From assembly GCA_009780485.1 (NCBI GenBank), contig WQZZ01000001.1:1-56713 (forward strand): a stretch of DNA of 56,713 nucleotides, in the 5' to 3' direction. This DNA is from Defluviitaleaceae bacterium. Lineage in GTDB: Bacteria > Bacillota > Clostridia > Lachnospirales > WRAX01. Of this stretch, positions 26,839 to 35,694 are shown piece after piece. Each line of letters starts with the position of its first letter. Position 1 is the first letter of the stretch. Made by a program: the position numbers and the translations under genes. The notes beneath the pieces were generated by a model that was not told where the DNA came from, ran no database searches, and worked only from the letters and a program-made list of their open reading frames with translations.

Positions 26839-27038
26839 TTGACAAGCAAGCTGTGTGAAGGTATAATATACACAATCCCGCAAATTCTGCGGGTTGGCAA
26901 AAAGATACACGCTGGACGGTCAAGACTTCCAATCAAAGCCCGTCCAGCGTGTTCCAAAAGCCAAAAGGCTCAGTGATAATCTTACATTACTGAAGCCTCT
27001 TTTGTCAAGCCCTTATAAGGGCAGAGGGAGGATTTTTT
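26839..27038 (+). promoter_or_regulatory. TTGACA-17-TATAAT promoter plus about 165-nt leader with three hairpins, the third a terminator-like attenuator
   Basis: Hairpins at 26877..26893, at 26907-26919/26940-26952, and at 26966-26977/26986-26998 followed by CTTTTGTC. Then GCCCTTATAAGGGC and a GGGAGG RBS. Confidence 0.5.
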
Positions 27039-27737
27039 ATGCAGAAATTTCTGAAAAGACTTCAAGTCAAAGGTTTTGTGACAGGCGTACTAGTAACCAT
27101 ACTGCTTTCGGGAACAATGTTGGCTATGGCAAACCAAGGCGGTACAATACGAGAATTGTTTTATGGCGTAAACATTGTAGTGAATGGTCGCCCTTTACAA
27201 ACAGAGGGTATCGACCGCCCCTTTATAATGGATGGTAGGACGTTTTTGCCTGTTCGTGTTGTTTCTGAGGCTCTTAATGTGCCTGTGGAATGGGATGGCT
27301 CTACAATGACGGTGTATGTCGGAACAGGTACAACAGGAAGACCATTATTTGAAACCACACCAACTGCTTCAAGTCAGAATATAACAACCGCATCGGGAAC
27401 TATGTCAGACAGGTCATTTAATACCGTATTTAGGACATCAAGCTTTAACGCAGGTCAGAGTACAACAGGGTGGGGCGAATTTAATCTAAATGGACAATTT
27501 AGCTCCATTTCTGGAGTTCTGGGTCGCCTAAACAATGCGGCAGGCACTTCAAATATTGTCTTTATTGGTGATGGAATAGAAATAGTTAGATTTGCAGTAG
27601 ATGGAACAACTGTGGCACATGACATTTCTGTTGATGTGAGCGGGGTTCTAGTTCTCAGGATTGAAATTTTACAAGACATGGTAAACTTCGGAACACAAAG
27701 GTCTCAAGTAGGTTTTGCAAGCCCCATGTTGCACTAG
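27039..27737 (+). CDS. secreted/anchored protein: copper-amine-oxidase N-terminal-like (stalk) domain plus NPCBM-like C-terminal domain
   Basis: N-terminal TM/signal segment. VNGRPL...PFIMDGRTFLPVRVVSEALN..VEWD motif. C-terminal pattern F.L.G.F..ISG..G......V.F.GDG. Confidence 0.6.
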   Translation: MQKFLKRLQVKGFVTGVLVTILLSGTMLAMANQGGTIRELFYGVNIVVNGRPLQTEGIDRPFIMDGRTFLPVRVVSEALNVPVEWDGSTMTVYVGTGTTGRPLFETTPTASSQNITTASGTMSDRSFNTVFRTSSFNAGQSTTGWGEFNLNGQFSSISGVLGRLNNAAGTSNIVFIGDGIEIVRFAVDGTTVAHDISVDVSGVLVLRIEILQDMVNFGTQRSQVGFASPMLH

Positions 27738-27811
27738 CCTTGAATAGAGGGGAATGTCAAAAATAAAACAGAGCATCATGGTAGATACCTCACAATGATG
27801 CTCTGTTTTAT

Positions 27812-28030
27812 TCATTTTCGTTTAACTTGGTTGTAAATCTCGCTTTTAGCCACTCCCCTCTCTTTAGCGACAAGTTTCATGGCATCTTTTTCGCCACATC
27901 CTTGATTGATGAAGCTTTCAATATGTTCTTGCACATTTTCTGGATAGAAGATGCTTCGTTCCCTTATGCCTTCGACAATAATCACAAATTCCCTACGAGG
28001 GACGTTGTTTGCATAGCTGTCTAGGATAAG
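27812..28030 (-). pseudogene. orphan 3' fragment of an rsmI paralogue (last about 72 codons, no start)
   Basis: Translates to ...ILDSYANNVPRREFVIIVEG..PENVQEHI..EKDAMKLVAKERGVAKSEIYNQVKRK-stop. 50 of 73 residues match the C-terminus of rsmI at 37544..37762 in my hand alignment. Confidence 0.75.
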
Positions 28031-28031
28031 G

Positions 28032-28304
28032 TTAAAGTGGAGTTTGTATCGATTTTACTGGTTGATATACATATCGCCCATTTTCCATCAATCGAGAGTA
28101 AAGTCCTACTTCCCCCAACTGGGCATCAAGCAATAAAGTCATAGCTGGTTGGATTTCCTTTGGTTTGATGCGTAGGCAAAGTCCACACCCAGCACTTATT
28201 TGGGATGGAAGGGGCAAAACACCTACTTGTAGCTTTTGTGCAATCAAGGTTTTTTCGGCTTTCATAGCAAAGCTGGTGCTTGTAAATGTGATTATATATT
28301 CCAT
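28032..28304 (-). CDS. DUF3343 (putative Se/S carrier-like) protein
   Basis: 90 aa. F.ST..A.KAEK.L pattern and AGCGLC. GGAGTGA RBS inside the upstream gene's end. Confidence 0.7.
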   Translation of the reverse strand: MEYIITFTSTSFAMKAEKTLIAQKLQVGVLPLPSQISAGCGLCLRIKPKEIQPAMTLLLDAQLGEVGLYSRLMENGRYVYQPVKSIQTPL

Positions 28305-28308
28305 GGGT

Positions 28309-29406
28309 TCACTCCGATAATTTCAAAATTTCTTTTATGGCATCAACGGTTCGCACCACTTCATCCAACGTGTTGAAATAGGAAAATGAGAAGCGTACCA
28401 TGCCCCTGTCAATTGTGTCCAATTGTTTGTGGAGCAACGGAGCGCAATGACCGCCTGCACGGGTCACTATTCCATAACCTTCCCAAAGTCGCTCAGCAAG
28501 GTCGGTAGAGGTAAGATTGCTGATATTTAGGGATATAATAGGCAAACGGTCGCTTGCACTCATATCGCCATAAAATTGAATTTGTTCCAAGTGTTGGATG
28601 CCGTTGTAAAACATTTGTGCAAGTGCGGTTTCGTGCTGATGTATTTTGTCAACTCCAATTCGATTTACGAATTGTACACCTTTTTGCAAACCGTATATTC
28701 CGTGGCTGTTGGGTGTGCCAACCTCAAAAAAGTCAGGCATCATCTTTGTTTGGTATGTGGCAAAAGTATTAACGCCTGCCCCACCAGTTTTAACAATATC
28801 AAAGTCAAAATTACCACACGTAATTATGCCACCAGTACCCTGTGGTCCAAAAAGCCCTTTGTGACCTGTAAAGCAAAAAATATCAGCCATATCCATGCTT
28901 ACTGGTATTGTGCCGAAAGTCTGGGCGATGTCCAAAATCATGGTGATGCCCTTAGCTTGACAGTTTTGGTGCAAACTAACCGCATCCACAATATCACCTG
29001 TCAGATTTGAGCCGTGGGTACAGACCAAAAATTTTGTTCCGACCTTAAAATCGGGGTTGTGGGGGTCAATAAAATATAGGTCGCAACCTGACAAATACAG
29101 AGGACGCAGAACCGAGTTATGCTCCCATACCGTGGTTGCCACCACATCCCCTTGCTTTATCAGACCACCAATTACAAGATTTAGGCTTTCCGTGGCAGAT
29201 GATGTGAAAGCTACAGACAAAGGGTCATCTGCCCCGATAAGACCAGCAACTTCTGCCCTTGTGTTATAGATTTCACGGCTGGCGAGAAGGCTCGGTTCAG
29301 AAAAACCTCGGCTAGGGTTGCCAAAGTTTTTCAGAGCAAAAGTCACTGCTTCTGCCACTTCTGGGGGTTTTGTTAATGTTGTGCTTGCATTGTCAAGGTA
29401 TATCAT
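28309..29406 (-). CDS. class-V aminotransferase-fold cysteine desulfurase / selenocysteine-lyase-like enzyme
   Basis: PLP-lysine context FTGHKGLFGPQGTGG. Active-site loop RAGGHCAPL. ATGA overlap with the upstream gene. Confidence 0.85.
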   Translation of the reverse strand: MIYLDNASTTLTKPPEVAEAVTFALKNFGNPSRGFSEPSLLASREIYNTRAEVAGLIGADDPLSVAFTSSATESLNLVIGGLIKQGDVVATTVWEHNSVLRPLYLSGCDLYFIDPHNPDFKVGTKFLVCTHGSNLTGDIVDAVSLHQNCQAKGITMILDIAQTFGTIPVSMDMADIFCFTGHKGLFGPQGTGGIITCGNFDFDIVKTGGAGVNTFATYQTKMMPDFFEVGTPNSHGIYGLQKGVQFVNRIGVDKIHQHETALAQMFYNGIQHLEQIQFYGDMSASDRLPIISLNISNLTSTDLAERLWEGYGIVTRAGGHCAPLLHKQLDTIDRGMVRFSFSYFNTLDEVVRTVDAIKEILKLSE

Positions 29407-29735
29407 AGTGTTATAACCTGGTCAACACCCGCCGAACCAAGGGCGGCATAAAGGTTGGGGAAACAACCGATACCAGCACCGTCTATAAGGTTGGACTGTA
29501 TGCCACGTTCTATAGCACAAAGGTCGCAAGTCATCAGCAAAGTTCCGTACTTTTCATGGACTTGTTGCAACCCCTTGCCTGTGGTGGTTTCGGGGGTCAG
29601 TAAAAACGCATTGTCAAAGAAAAACATCATCCCCACCACCTCCACACCATGGTTGCCCGACAACATCTGAGGGATTATCATTTTATCTAAAATTTTCTGG
29701 CTTCCGTTTGACGAAAAAATATATGCAACTTTCAA
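29403..29735 (-). CDS. DsrE/DsrF-like sulfur-relay family protein
   Basis: 110 aa. TTG start 7 nt after AAGGAG. Rossmann-like small fold pattern with CDLC. Confidence 0.6.
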   Translation of the reverse strand: MKVAYIFSSNGSQKILDKMIIPQMLSGNHGVEVVGMMFFFDNAFLLTPETTTGKGLQQVHEKYGTLLMTCDLCAIERGIQSNLIDGAGIGCFPNLYAALGSAGVDQVITL

Positions 29736-29739
29736 TTTA

Positions 29740-30504
29740 TCACTCCTTGCTGTAATTGAACGCCTTACGCAAAAGGTCGGTCAGGTCGTTGTTGTAGGTC
29801 TTAAACTGGTCGCTACTTCTGTCCCTTGGGCGGGGCAGGTCGATTTTTACATCAGCCAACAATTCCCCGCCATTTGACTGCATCACCAGCACACGGTCGC
29901 TTAAAAACACCGCCTCTGAAACGTCATGTGTAACCATCATCACCGTTGTTCCTGCTTTTTGGACGAGGCTGGCAAGCTCGTTCTGCAAAATTTCTCGCAT
30001 TTGAAAATCCACAGCCCCCAGCGGTTCGTCCAGTAGCAAAATCCGTGGGTGACTTGCTAAGGCACGCAAAACCGCCACCCTCTGTTGCATTCCGCCAGAC
30101 AACTGAATGGGAAATTTCTTCTCATGCCCAGTTAGATAAGCCATTTCTAGAAGCTCCTTTAAGCGGACATCCCTTTGCTCCTTGGGCATACCCTGCATCC
30201 GCAGAGAATACGTAATATTGCGTCCAACATTCATCCACGGAAACAGGGCGTAATTTTGGAAAACATAGCCCCGCTCCACACTTGGCCCATCAATTTCTAC
30301 GTCATCAAGGGCAATTAACCCATCCGTGGTTTGCTGAAAACCTCCAACCATGGACAACATGGTGGTCTTGCCACAACCAGATGGGCCAATTAAGCTGACA
30401 AATTCCCCTTCCTCAATTTCTGCGGAAAAACCTTTGATAACCACATGGTCAACCTCTTTTTTATTAGGAAAAACCTTGCGTACATTATTAATTTTCAGCG
30501 GCAT
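29740..30504 (-). CDS. ABC transporter ATP-binding protein (NitT/TauT nitrate-sulfonate-taurine type)
   Basis: Walker A GPSGCGKTT, signature LSGGMQQR, Walker B ILLLDEP. Confidence 0.9.
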   Translation of the reverse strand: MPLKINNVRKVFPNKKEVDHVVIKGFSAEIEEGEFVSLIGPSGCGKTTMLSMVGGFQQTTDGLIALDDVEIDGPSVERGYVFQNYALFPWMNVGRNITYSLRMQGMPKEQRDVRLKELLEMAYLTGHEKKFPIQLSGGMQQRVAVLRALASHPRILLLDEPLGAVDFQMREILQNELASLVQKAGTTVMMVTHDVSEAVFLSDRVLVMQSNGGELLADVKIDLPRPRDRSSDQFKTYNNDLTDLLRKAFNYSKE

Positions 30505-31279
30505 CCTTAAACCTCCAACTGGTCAAACTTCTTTCAACCAAAAGCAAAATCCTGTCGATAAAATAGCCTGTCACAGCCGCCATTATCATCAGCGACCATA
30601 GGTCTGCTGTGCGAAATTGTATTTGTGCTTGTATCAATAGAAACCCAAAGCCAGAGCTAGTTGCAATAAATTCTGCACAAATAACGCTCATCCAGCCCAG
30701 TCCCACAGCCATGCGTAATCCTGTTAGAAAGCTGGGGAAAGCTCCTGGTAAAATGATTGTGACAAAGATTTTAAGGGTAGATGCACCCATGGATTTGGCG
30801 GCACTTATGTAGTTCGGGTCAATATTCATAACGCCAGACAAGGTATTTATCATCAGAGGGAAAACTGCTGACATAAAGATGATAAACAGTGTGGGCCCTT
30901 CACCTAAGCCAAACCAGAGTATTGCCATAGGCACCCATGCCATGATGGGTATTTGGCGGATTGAATTCATAAGTGGCGATATGGCTTGCCTTATGGTTTT
31001 GGAATATCCCATGAACATCCCAAGTGGCAAGCCAATCAAGGAAGCATATCCTACTCCACGAAGCACCCGCCAGAGGGTTATGCCAAGGTTTTCCATTACC
31101 CAACTATTTGTCCAATTGGTGAAAAACGCCTGCATGGTGGTGACAAAATTAGGAAGCCTTATGGCTTGGTCTATGTGCAGGGAAGCAAAATGCCACACCA
31201 CAAATGCCACTGCCAGACCTCCGAAAAACATTAACGTACCCTTGGAAGGCTTGGGAAATTTACGTAAAATTCTTTCCAC
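30488..31279 (-). CDS. ABC transporter permease (NitT/TauT type)
   Basis: EAA-like loop AAKSMGAS..KIF..IILP. GTG at 31279 after GAGGAG. An alternative ATG at 31231 forms a TAATG overlap with the upstream stop. Confidence 0.8.
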   Translation of the reverse strand: MERILRKFPKPSKGTLMFFGGLAVAFVVWHFASLHIDQAIRLPNFVTTMQAFFTNWTNSWVMENLGITLWRVLRGVGYASLIGLPLGMFMGYSKTIRQAISPLMNSIRQIPIMAWVPMAILWFGLGEGPTLFIIFMSAVFPLMINTLSGVMNIDPNYISAAKSMGASTLKIFVTIILPGAFPSFLTGLRMAVGLGWMSVICAEFIATSSGFGFLLIQAQIQFRTADLWSLMIMAAVTGYFIDRILLLVERSLTSWRFKDAAEN

Positions 31280-31962
31280 TTCGCCAGCTCCTCTCCTTGT
31301 ATCAATTGGTTAAAATTTTCAATAAAATCTGCAAACTGCTGTGTGTACACCACATCTTGATGAACCAACAAAACGCTGGACGGGCGGTTATAAGGCAACG
31401 GGCGTATTATCAAGCCAGCATCCTCGACGGCGTTTGTGGCGGTTAAAACATCTAACACAACTGCATCCACCGCCCCTCGTGCCAAAGCATAAGGCAAAGC
31501 CAATGTATTCATCGGCACAAACGCCACATCTTGTCCCAAATTAGCTTGAGCAATTTGATGTTGTGATGACCTACCGAAGGTATAGCCCACGCTAGAGGGT
31601 ACATTGTATGTAATTGACACCAAAACACTGGAATTTTCTACAATGCTACCCCACAACACAAAGGGGCGGTTTCCACCCTGCAAAAACAACTCTGCCGCAT
31701 CAGGGCAAATGACAGCAATGTCAAAAACCCCAGCTTCTAAAGCCATTTCTGCTTGTGTTCCACAACAATCTGCCAACCTAATTCCTTGTACATCATCCGT
31801 CGCACCTGCGGCTTGATTTACTAGAAGTCCCGCCAAATCATTAGTTGACACTATTCGCAAAACATCCCCACCGTCACCGCCACGGGTTGCCAAAAATACG
31901 ATAATGGCAACCACGGTAACGGCAATGATGGTGGAAAATACCTTATCTTTGTTGGCTTTCAT
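31231..31962 (-). CDS. membrane-anchored half-size substrate-binding-like protein with Cys-Cys motif
   Basis: N-terminal TM anchor. LADCCGTQAEMALEAGVFDIAV. Position between an SBP gene and the permease gene. Confidence 0.5.
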   Translation of the reverse strand: MKANKDKVFSTIIAVTVVAIIVFLATRGGDGGDVLRIVSTNDLAGLLVNQAAGATDDVQGIRLADCCGTQAEMALEAGVFDIAVICPDAAELFLQGGNRPFVLWGSIVENSSVLVSITYNVPSSVGYTFGRSSQHQIAQANLGQDVAFVPMNTLALPYALARGAVDAVVLDVLTATNAVEDAGLIIRPLPYNRPSSVLLVHQDVVYTQQFADFIENFNQLIQGEELAKWKEFYVNFPSLPRVR

Positions 31963-31964
31963 TA

Positions 31965-33152
31965 TTACTCTACAATGCCATCAACATAGACAGCCATTGC
32001 ACGCCAATCCTCAAAGCTCATCCCTAGCGGGAAAACAGGGTCAACACGGTCACGGATAAAGGTGTTAAAATCGCCCGCCCCACTGTTGTTAAAAAACCTT
32101 AAGTCTATGTAATCTTCCACATTGGCATCGTTAATATCAGGTCTAAGCCCCATATATGCCAGCGTGTTAATTTGGTTTTGGAAGTACTGCACATTCAAAT
32201 CCCAGCTAATGGTACGCCCTTCGTAATTTAGTTTACGCCACATGGTAATAAGCCCTACTTCCAACGGCACAACAAAAGCGTGGGAGAAGATTTCCGCCGC
32301 ACGGTACGGGAACATATACATAAATTCGATGGCGATGGTGTGTGCAAGCAACATTCTTTCTGCAAGCTCTGGATGTTCCTCACCAAATCCAGTCCGCATA
32401 ACCACTTTACAACAAGTGCCGTGACCCAATCCACGGTCAGTACGGTCGGTATCGTTGCGAATCATAATCCAGCCAGTACCTCTATATTCGGCATAGGAAG
32501 CCCACGGGTCGCAGGTGATGAAAGCATCAAGCTCGCCAGCTTGAAAGGCGAAATGGGCATCAGTTTGTGCCATAATGTTAAGGTTGTAATATTCCAAAGC
32601 TGTGGGAAGCCCCAAAATAGTCAACATTTCTACCCAGTTTAGGAAATTTAGCGGGTCAGCGTTGTTGGTGGCAATTCTCGCACCAATCAAATCTTCTGGG
32701 GTTTGTATGTGGTTGGCAACAACCAAATATTCCGCCCCACCAATGTGATTTTCAGCCACCACAATAATCGGCGAGCCAGCACGGCGGGAAGCAAACACAA
32801 GTCGATGGTCAACCAATCCAATATCCACATGACCGCCTGCCATAGCCTCTGGCACACCGCCGTGACCTGTCATGCTTACCGTCAAGTCTAAATGCTCAAA
32901 AATACCAGCATAGTATGCGGTTGGTGCGGCCGTCATATGGTCACAGTTAAAGTAACCAAGACGCACTTCAATTCCCTGAAGTTCTGCTGGTAGTGGCGGA
33001 ATTTCCCTGCCGTCAAGTATGATTGCGATACGTTCCGCATCGGTCAATGTCCCTGTCTGCTCCACAGCCACAACATCATCTCCGCTACATGCCACAAACA
33101 TAGTCATAGCAAGCAATACAGCCAAAAATAGACTTAAAACCCTCTTTTTCAT
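31965..33152 (-). CDS. ABC substrate-binding lipoprotein (NMT1/SsuA-like) with Cys-Cys motif
   Basis: Start trimmed to MKKRVLSLFLAVLLAMTMFVAC (lipobox), after GGAGGAAAAC. GHGTCCKVV motif. Confidence 0.72.
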   Translation of the reverse strand: MKKRVLSLFLAVLLAMTMFVACSGDDVVAVEQTGTLTDAERIAIILDGREIPPLPAELQGIEVRLGYFNCDHMTAAPTAYYAGIFEHLDLTVSMTGHGGVPEAMAGGHVDIGLVDHRLVFASRRAGSPIIVVAENHIGGAEYLVVANHIQTPEDLIGARIATNNADPLNFLNWVEMLTILGLPTALEYYNLNIMAQTDAHFAFQAGELDAFITCDPWASYAEYRGTGWIMIRNDTDRTDRGLGHGTCCKVVMRTGFGEEHPELAERMLLAHTIAIEFMYMFPYRAAEIFSHAFVVPLEVGLITMWRKLNYEGRTISWDLNVQYFQNQINTLAYMGLRPDINDANVEDYIDLRFFNNSGAGDFNTFIRDRVDPVFPLGMSFEDWRAMAVYVDGIVE

Positions 33153-33175
33153 AATGTTTTCCTCCATTTTTTTGT

Positions 33176-33610
33176 TTAACAACATCCGTCTAATCCACCA
33201 AACAAATCTACCCATTGGTTGTCATAAAACCGCAAAATGCCTAGCCCGAAATTTATGCCCCGCCGTCCAGAAATCATTAATTCATTAGGGGGTTGGTCGT
33301 TGATGTTTATAAATTCCATATCCACATCTTGGAAGGGGGCTGGCATTGGCTCTGTTAGCTTGAAACCGTTTGGGGTTGAAAATACAGTAACTTTGTGGTT
33401 GTGTTCGGGGTCTGCCCTAAAAACCACCACCAAATCATCAATGCCATCGTCATTGGCATCTCCTTCAATCATCAGTACAATCTGCTGGTTGGGAAACTCC
33501 GCACGGAAATACGGCAAAAGGTCGCTTTCGATAAGGTCGGGGTAGTCATCTGTGACACCACAACCTGCCAAAACTAGCAAAAGTAACGCTCCAAGCAAAA
33601 ACCGCATCAT
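33176..33610 (-). CDS. small lipoprotein ending in Cys-Cys-COOH
   Basis: Start trimmed to MMRFLLGALLLLVLAGC, after GAGGGAGGG. Last codons are GGA TGT TGT TAA. DANDDGIDDLVVVF motif. Confidence 0.6.
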   Translation of the reverse strand: MMRFLLGALLLLVLAGCGVTDDYPDLIESDLLPYFRAEFPNQQIVLMIEGDANDDGIDDLVVVFRADPEHNHKVTVFSTPNGFKLTEPMPAPFQDVDMEFININDQPPNELMISGRRGINFGLGILRFYDNQWVDLFGGLDGCC

Positions 33611-34674
33611 TTTGCCTCCCTCCCTCGGATTTTGCGTCGTGTCCACATTATCCACGAATACAAACCCAAAACCATAATCAGACCAGCGGCAAACACCCTG
33701 AACCATTCGGGAAAGAATATTGTAAAGTTTTCCGCTAAACTTATGGCTTGTTGTGTGCCTGTCATGTCAAATCTTGGCATAAAATTGTCGGCAAAAAAGA
33801 AGTTTACAATCCAACCCAAGAAAATACCGTAAGCCACCACGATACCTGTGTAAATCAGCACCGCACGTCGCCCAATCATTTTCCAAATACTTATCATTTC
33901 AGGCAGGTTGGTTACCACGCCTACCAACAGGAAGGTGACGGCAATGCCAGGGGCTGTGCCAACACTAACAAGTGCCGCAATGAATGGGATATGTCCCGTT
34001 GCACACACATACATTAACGCCCCAAGCAAGGTGACACCAACCAGCGACATCATATCTGGGCTGGCAAGGTATTGCTGGATAAAGGACAGGGGCAAGACGG
34101 CAAAGATTAGGGCAGCAAAGGCTGTACCTAGTAGGATAAAGCGACTGGTTTGCACAGCAAGGTCGGCAAACCCCCATTTTAGCCCGCCTGCCAAACGCTT
34201 AAATAACGGCGGTTTAGCGGTGGCAAGCTTGACCAAGGCTTCTTGTACAGCGTGGGGAGATTTAACTAAATCCCCACCAAAGCGATTGGCGACCAGCCCA
34301 ATTATTATAGGCAACACAAAACCGCTAATCAGGTAAATTGTAGCGATTTCTGCACCAAGCAATGTGAAAGCCAAAATCAAGGCGGCGGGGTTGATGATGG
34401 GGGCAGCTACCAAAAACGCAAGCGTTGGCCCTAAATTTGCACCAGAACGATGCAAGCCAATGGTTAGGGGCATAACGCCACATGAGCAAATTGGAAGCAA
34501 CGCCCCAGAAACTGTCGCCTTGACAATGCTAGAAAATTTACTATTCCCAAGCGATTTTTGCAGACGCTCTGGACGTAAAACCCCATATAACAAGCCACAG
34601 ATGGCGAAGCTAACCACCAGCCATGGACCACTCATCCTAATCATTTCCCAGAAAAATTGGGGAAATTCATTCAT
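33607..34674 (-). CDS. PF03773-type (ArsP/YraQ-like) permease with CSC motif
   Basis: Two-fold repeat membrane protein. SGALLPICSCGVMPL is typical of this permease family. ATGA overlap with the upstream gene. Confidence 0.78.
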   Translation of the reverse strand: MNEFPQFFWEMIRMSGPWLVVSFAICGLLYGVLRPERLQKSLGNSKFSSIVKATVSGALLPICSCGVMPLTIGLHRSGANLGPTLAFLVAAPIINPAALILAFTLLGAEIATIYLISGFVLPIIIGLVANRFGGDLVKSPHAVQEALVKLATAKPPLFKRLAGGLKWGFADLAVQTSRFILLGTAFAALIFAVLPLSFIQQYLASPDMMSLVGVTLLGALMYVCATGHIPFIAALVSVGTAPGIAVTFLLVGVVTNLPEMISIWKMIGRRAVLIYTGIVVAYGIFLGWIVNFFFADNFMPRFDMTGTQQAISLAENFTIFFPEWFRVFAAGLIMVLGLYSWIMWTRRKIRGREAK

Positions 34675-34931
34675 AATGCAAACCCTATGGCTTTACTAAC
34701 AACCTTAGCCATTTTTTTGCGATTCAAATCCTCATGTTTCTCACTTTCGTTGATAATCAATGTGCCACGTAAGATTTGACCATATTTTTCTAGATAGTTA
34801 AAATCTTTACCAGCGTTGTAGATGGTAATATCTACTTTGTCAGCATGATTTTCTGCCACTTCCCGCAGAAAATTTTCATTGCCGTCACAGCACGGGCAGG
34901 TGTTGATAAATTCGATTTTTGTCTTAACCAT
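34671..34931 (-). CDS. small thioredoxin-fold protein with CPCC motif
   Basis: 86 aa. Begins KIEFINTCPCCDG. AAGGAG RBS. Immediately upstream of the permease, as in the permease plus redox-active-disulfide-protein pairs I recall. Confidence 0.62.
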   Translation of the reverse strand: MVKTKIEFINTCPCCDGNENFLREVAENHADKVDITIYNAGKDFNYLEKYGQILRGTLIINESEKHEDLNRKKMAKVVSKAIGFAL

Positions 34932-35694
34932 TTTTAATCTCCTTGATACAAGCCCCTATTGCCCCTGCAAATTGGGCATTGGGGTCAGTTTTAACATCAA
35001 ATCCTGTGGTTTTTGCGATTGCAGTTACCAGCATATTAGAGCGAGCCAACCCACCCGTCATAAGTAGGGACTTTGTGCCATCAAAGCCTATTTTGGCAGT
35101 CATCTGATGCACCCGTTGTGCTATGGATTGTAGCACTCCCGCTAAAATTTTGCCACGGTCAATTTGGGCGGCAAGACTGCTGATAATCTCGGTTTCTGCA
35201 AAAACAGTACATATACTGGTAACATGGCTAGCTTCTGTGGGGTGGGCAAAATTATCAACTTCATCCAGTTTAATGCCTAACACATCACAAGCCATGGTTA
35301 GGAAACGACCTGTTCCAGCAGCACATTTATCATTCATCAAAAAGTCTGCTGGTTTTCCACTTTCCAATCTAATAACCTTACTGTCCTGCCCACCAATATC
35401 AATGACACCGCCAATATTAGGGATAAGAAATTCCGCCCCCAAAGCATGACAGGTAATTTCCGTATATGTTTTATCCGCAAAAGTTATGGCATCCCTTCCA
35501 TAGCCAGTAGCTACAACCCTAACATCTTCACGCCTAAGCTCATTAGTTGCGAATAGAGCATCCAGAGCTGACTGTGCAGAAATCATAGGGTTCCATCCAG
35601 TTTTTTCTATGTGAAGCTTCTCTATGTAGCCGTTCTTAAAAAGCACTGCTTTACACATGGTGGAACCAGAGTCGATGCCGACAACCCAACACAT
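34924..35694 (-). CDS. BcrAD/BadFG-family ATPase (acyl-CoA dehydratase activase-type electron-transfer ATPase)
   Basis: VVGIDSGSTMCKAV, DIGGQDSKV and CAAGTGRFL motifs. TAATG overlap with the upstream gene. Confidence 0.88.
   Translation of the reverse strand: MCWVVGIDSGSTMCKAVLFKNGYIEKLHIEKTGWNPMISAQSALDALFATNELRREDVRVVATGYGRDAITFADKTYTEITCHALGAEFLIPNIGGVIDIGGQDSKVIRLESGKPADFLMNDKCAAGTGRFLTMACDVLGIKLDEVDNFAHPTEASHVTSICTVFAETEIISSLAAQIDRGKILAGVLQSIAQRVHQMTAKIGFDGTKSLLMTGGLARSNMLVTAIAKTTGFDVKTDPNAQFAGAIGACIKEIKNG

Noticed and set aside
26760-26850. I expected a purine riboswitch or long PurR-box leader upstream of purL.
   Set aside because: The TTGACG-17-TATAAT promoter lies about 40 nt from the ATG. 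That leaves no room for an aptamer, and the nearby structured leader is on the other strand.
26894-27238. A 114-aa plus-strand ORF starting at TTG within the leader.
   Set aside because: No RBS. It overlaps, out of frame, the 27039 ORF, which has a GGGAGG RBS and recognisable domains. Its 5' part is the hairpin-rich leader.
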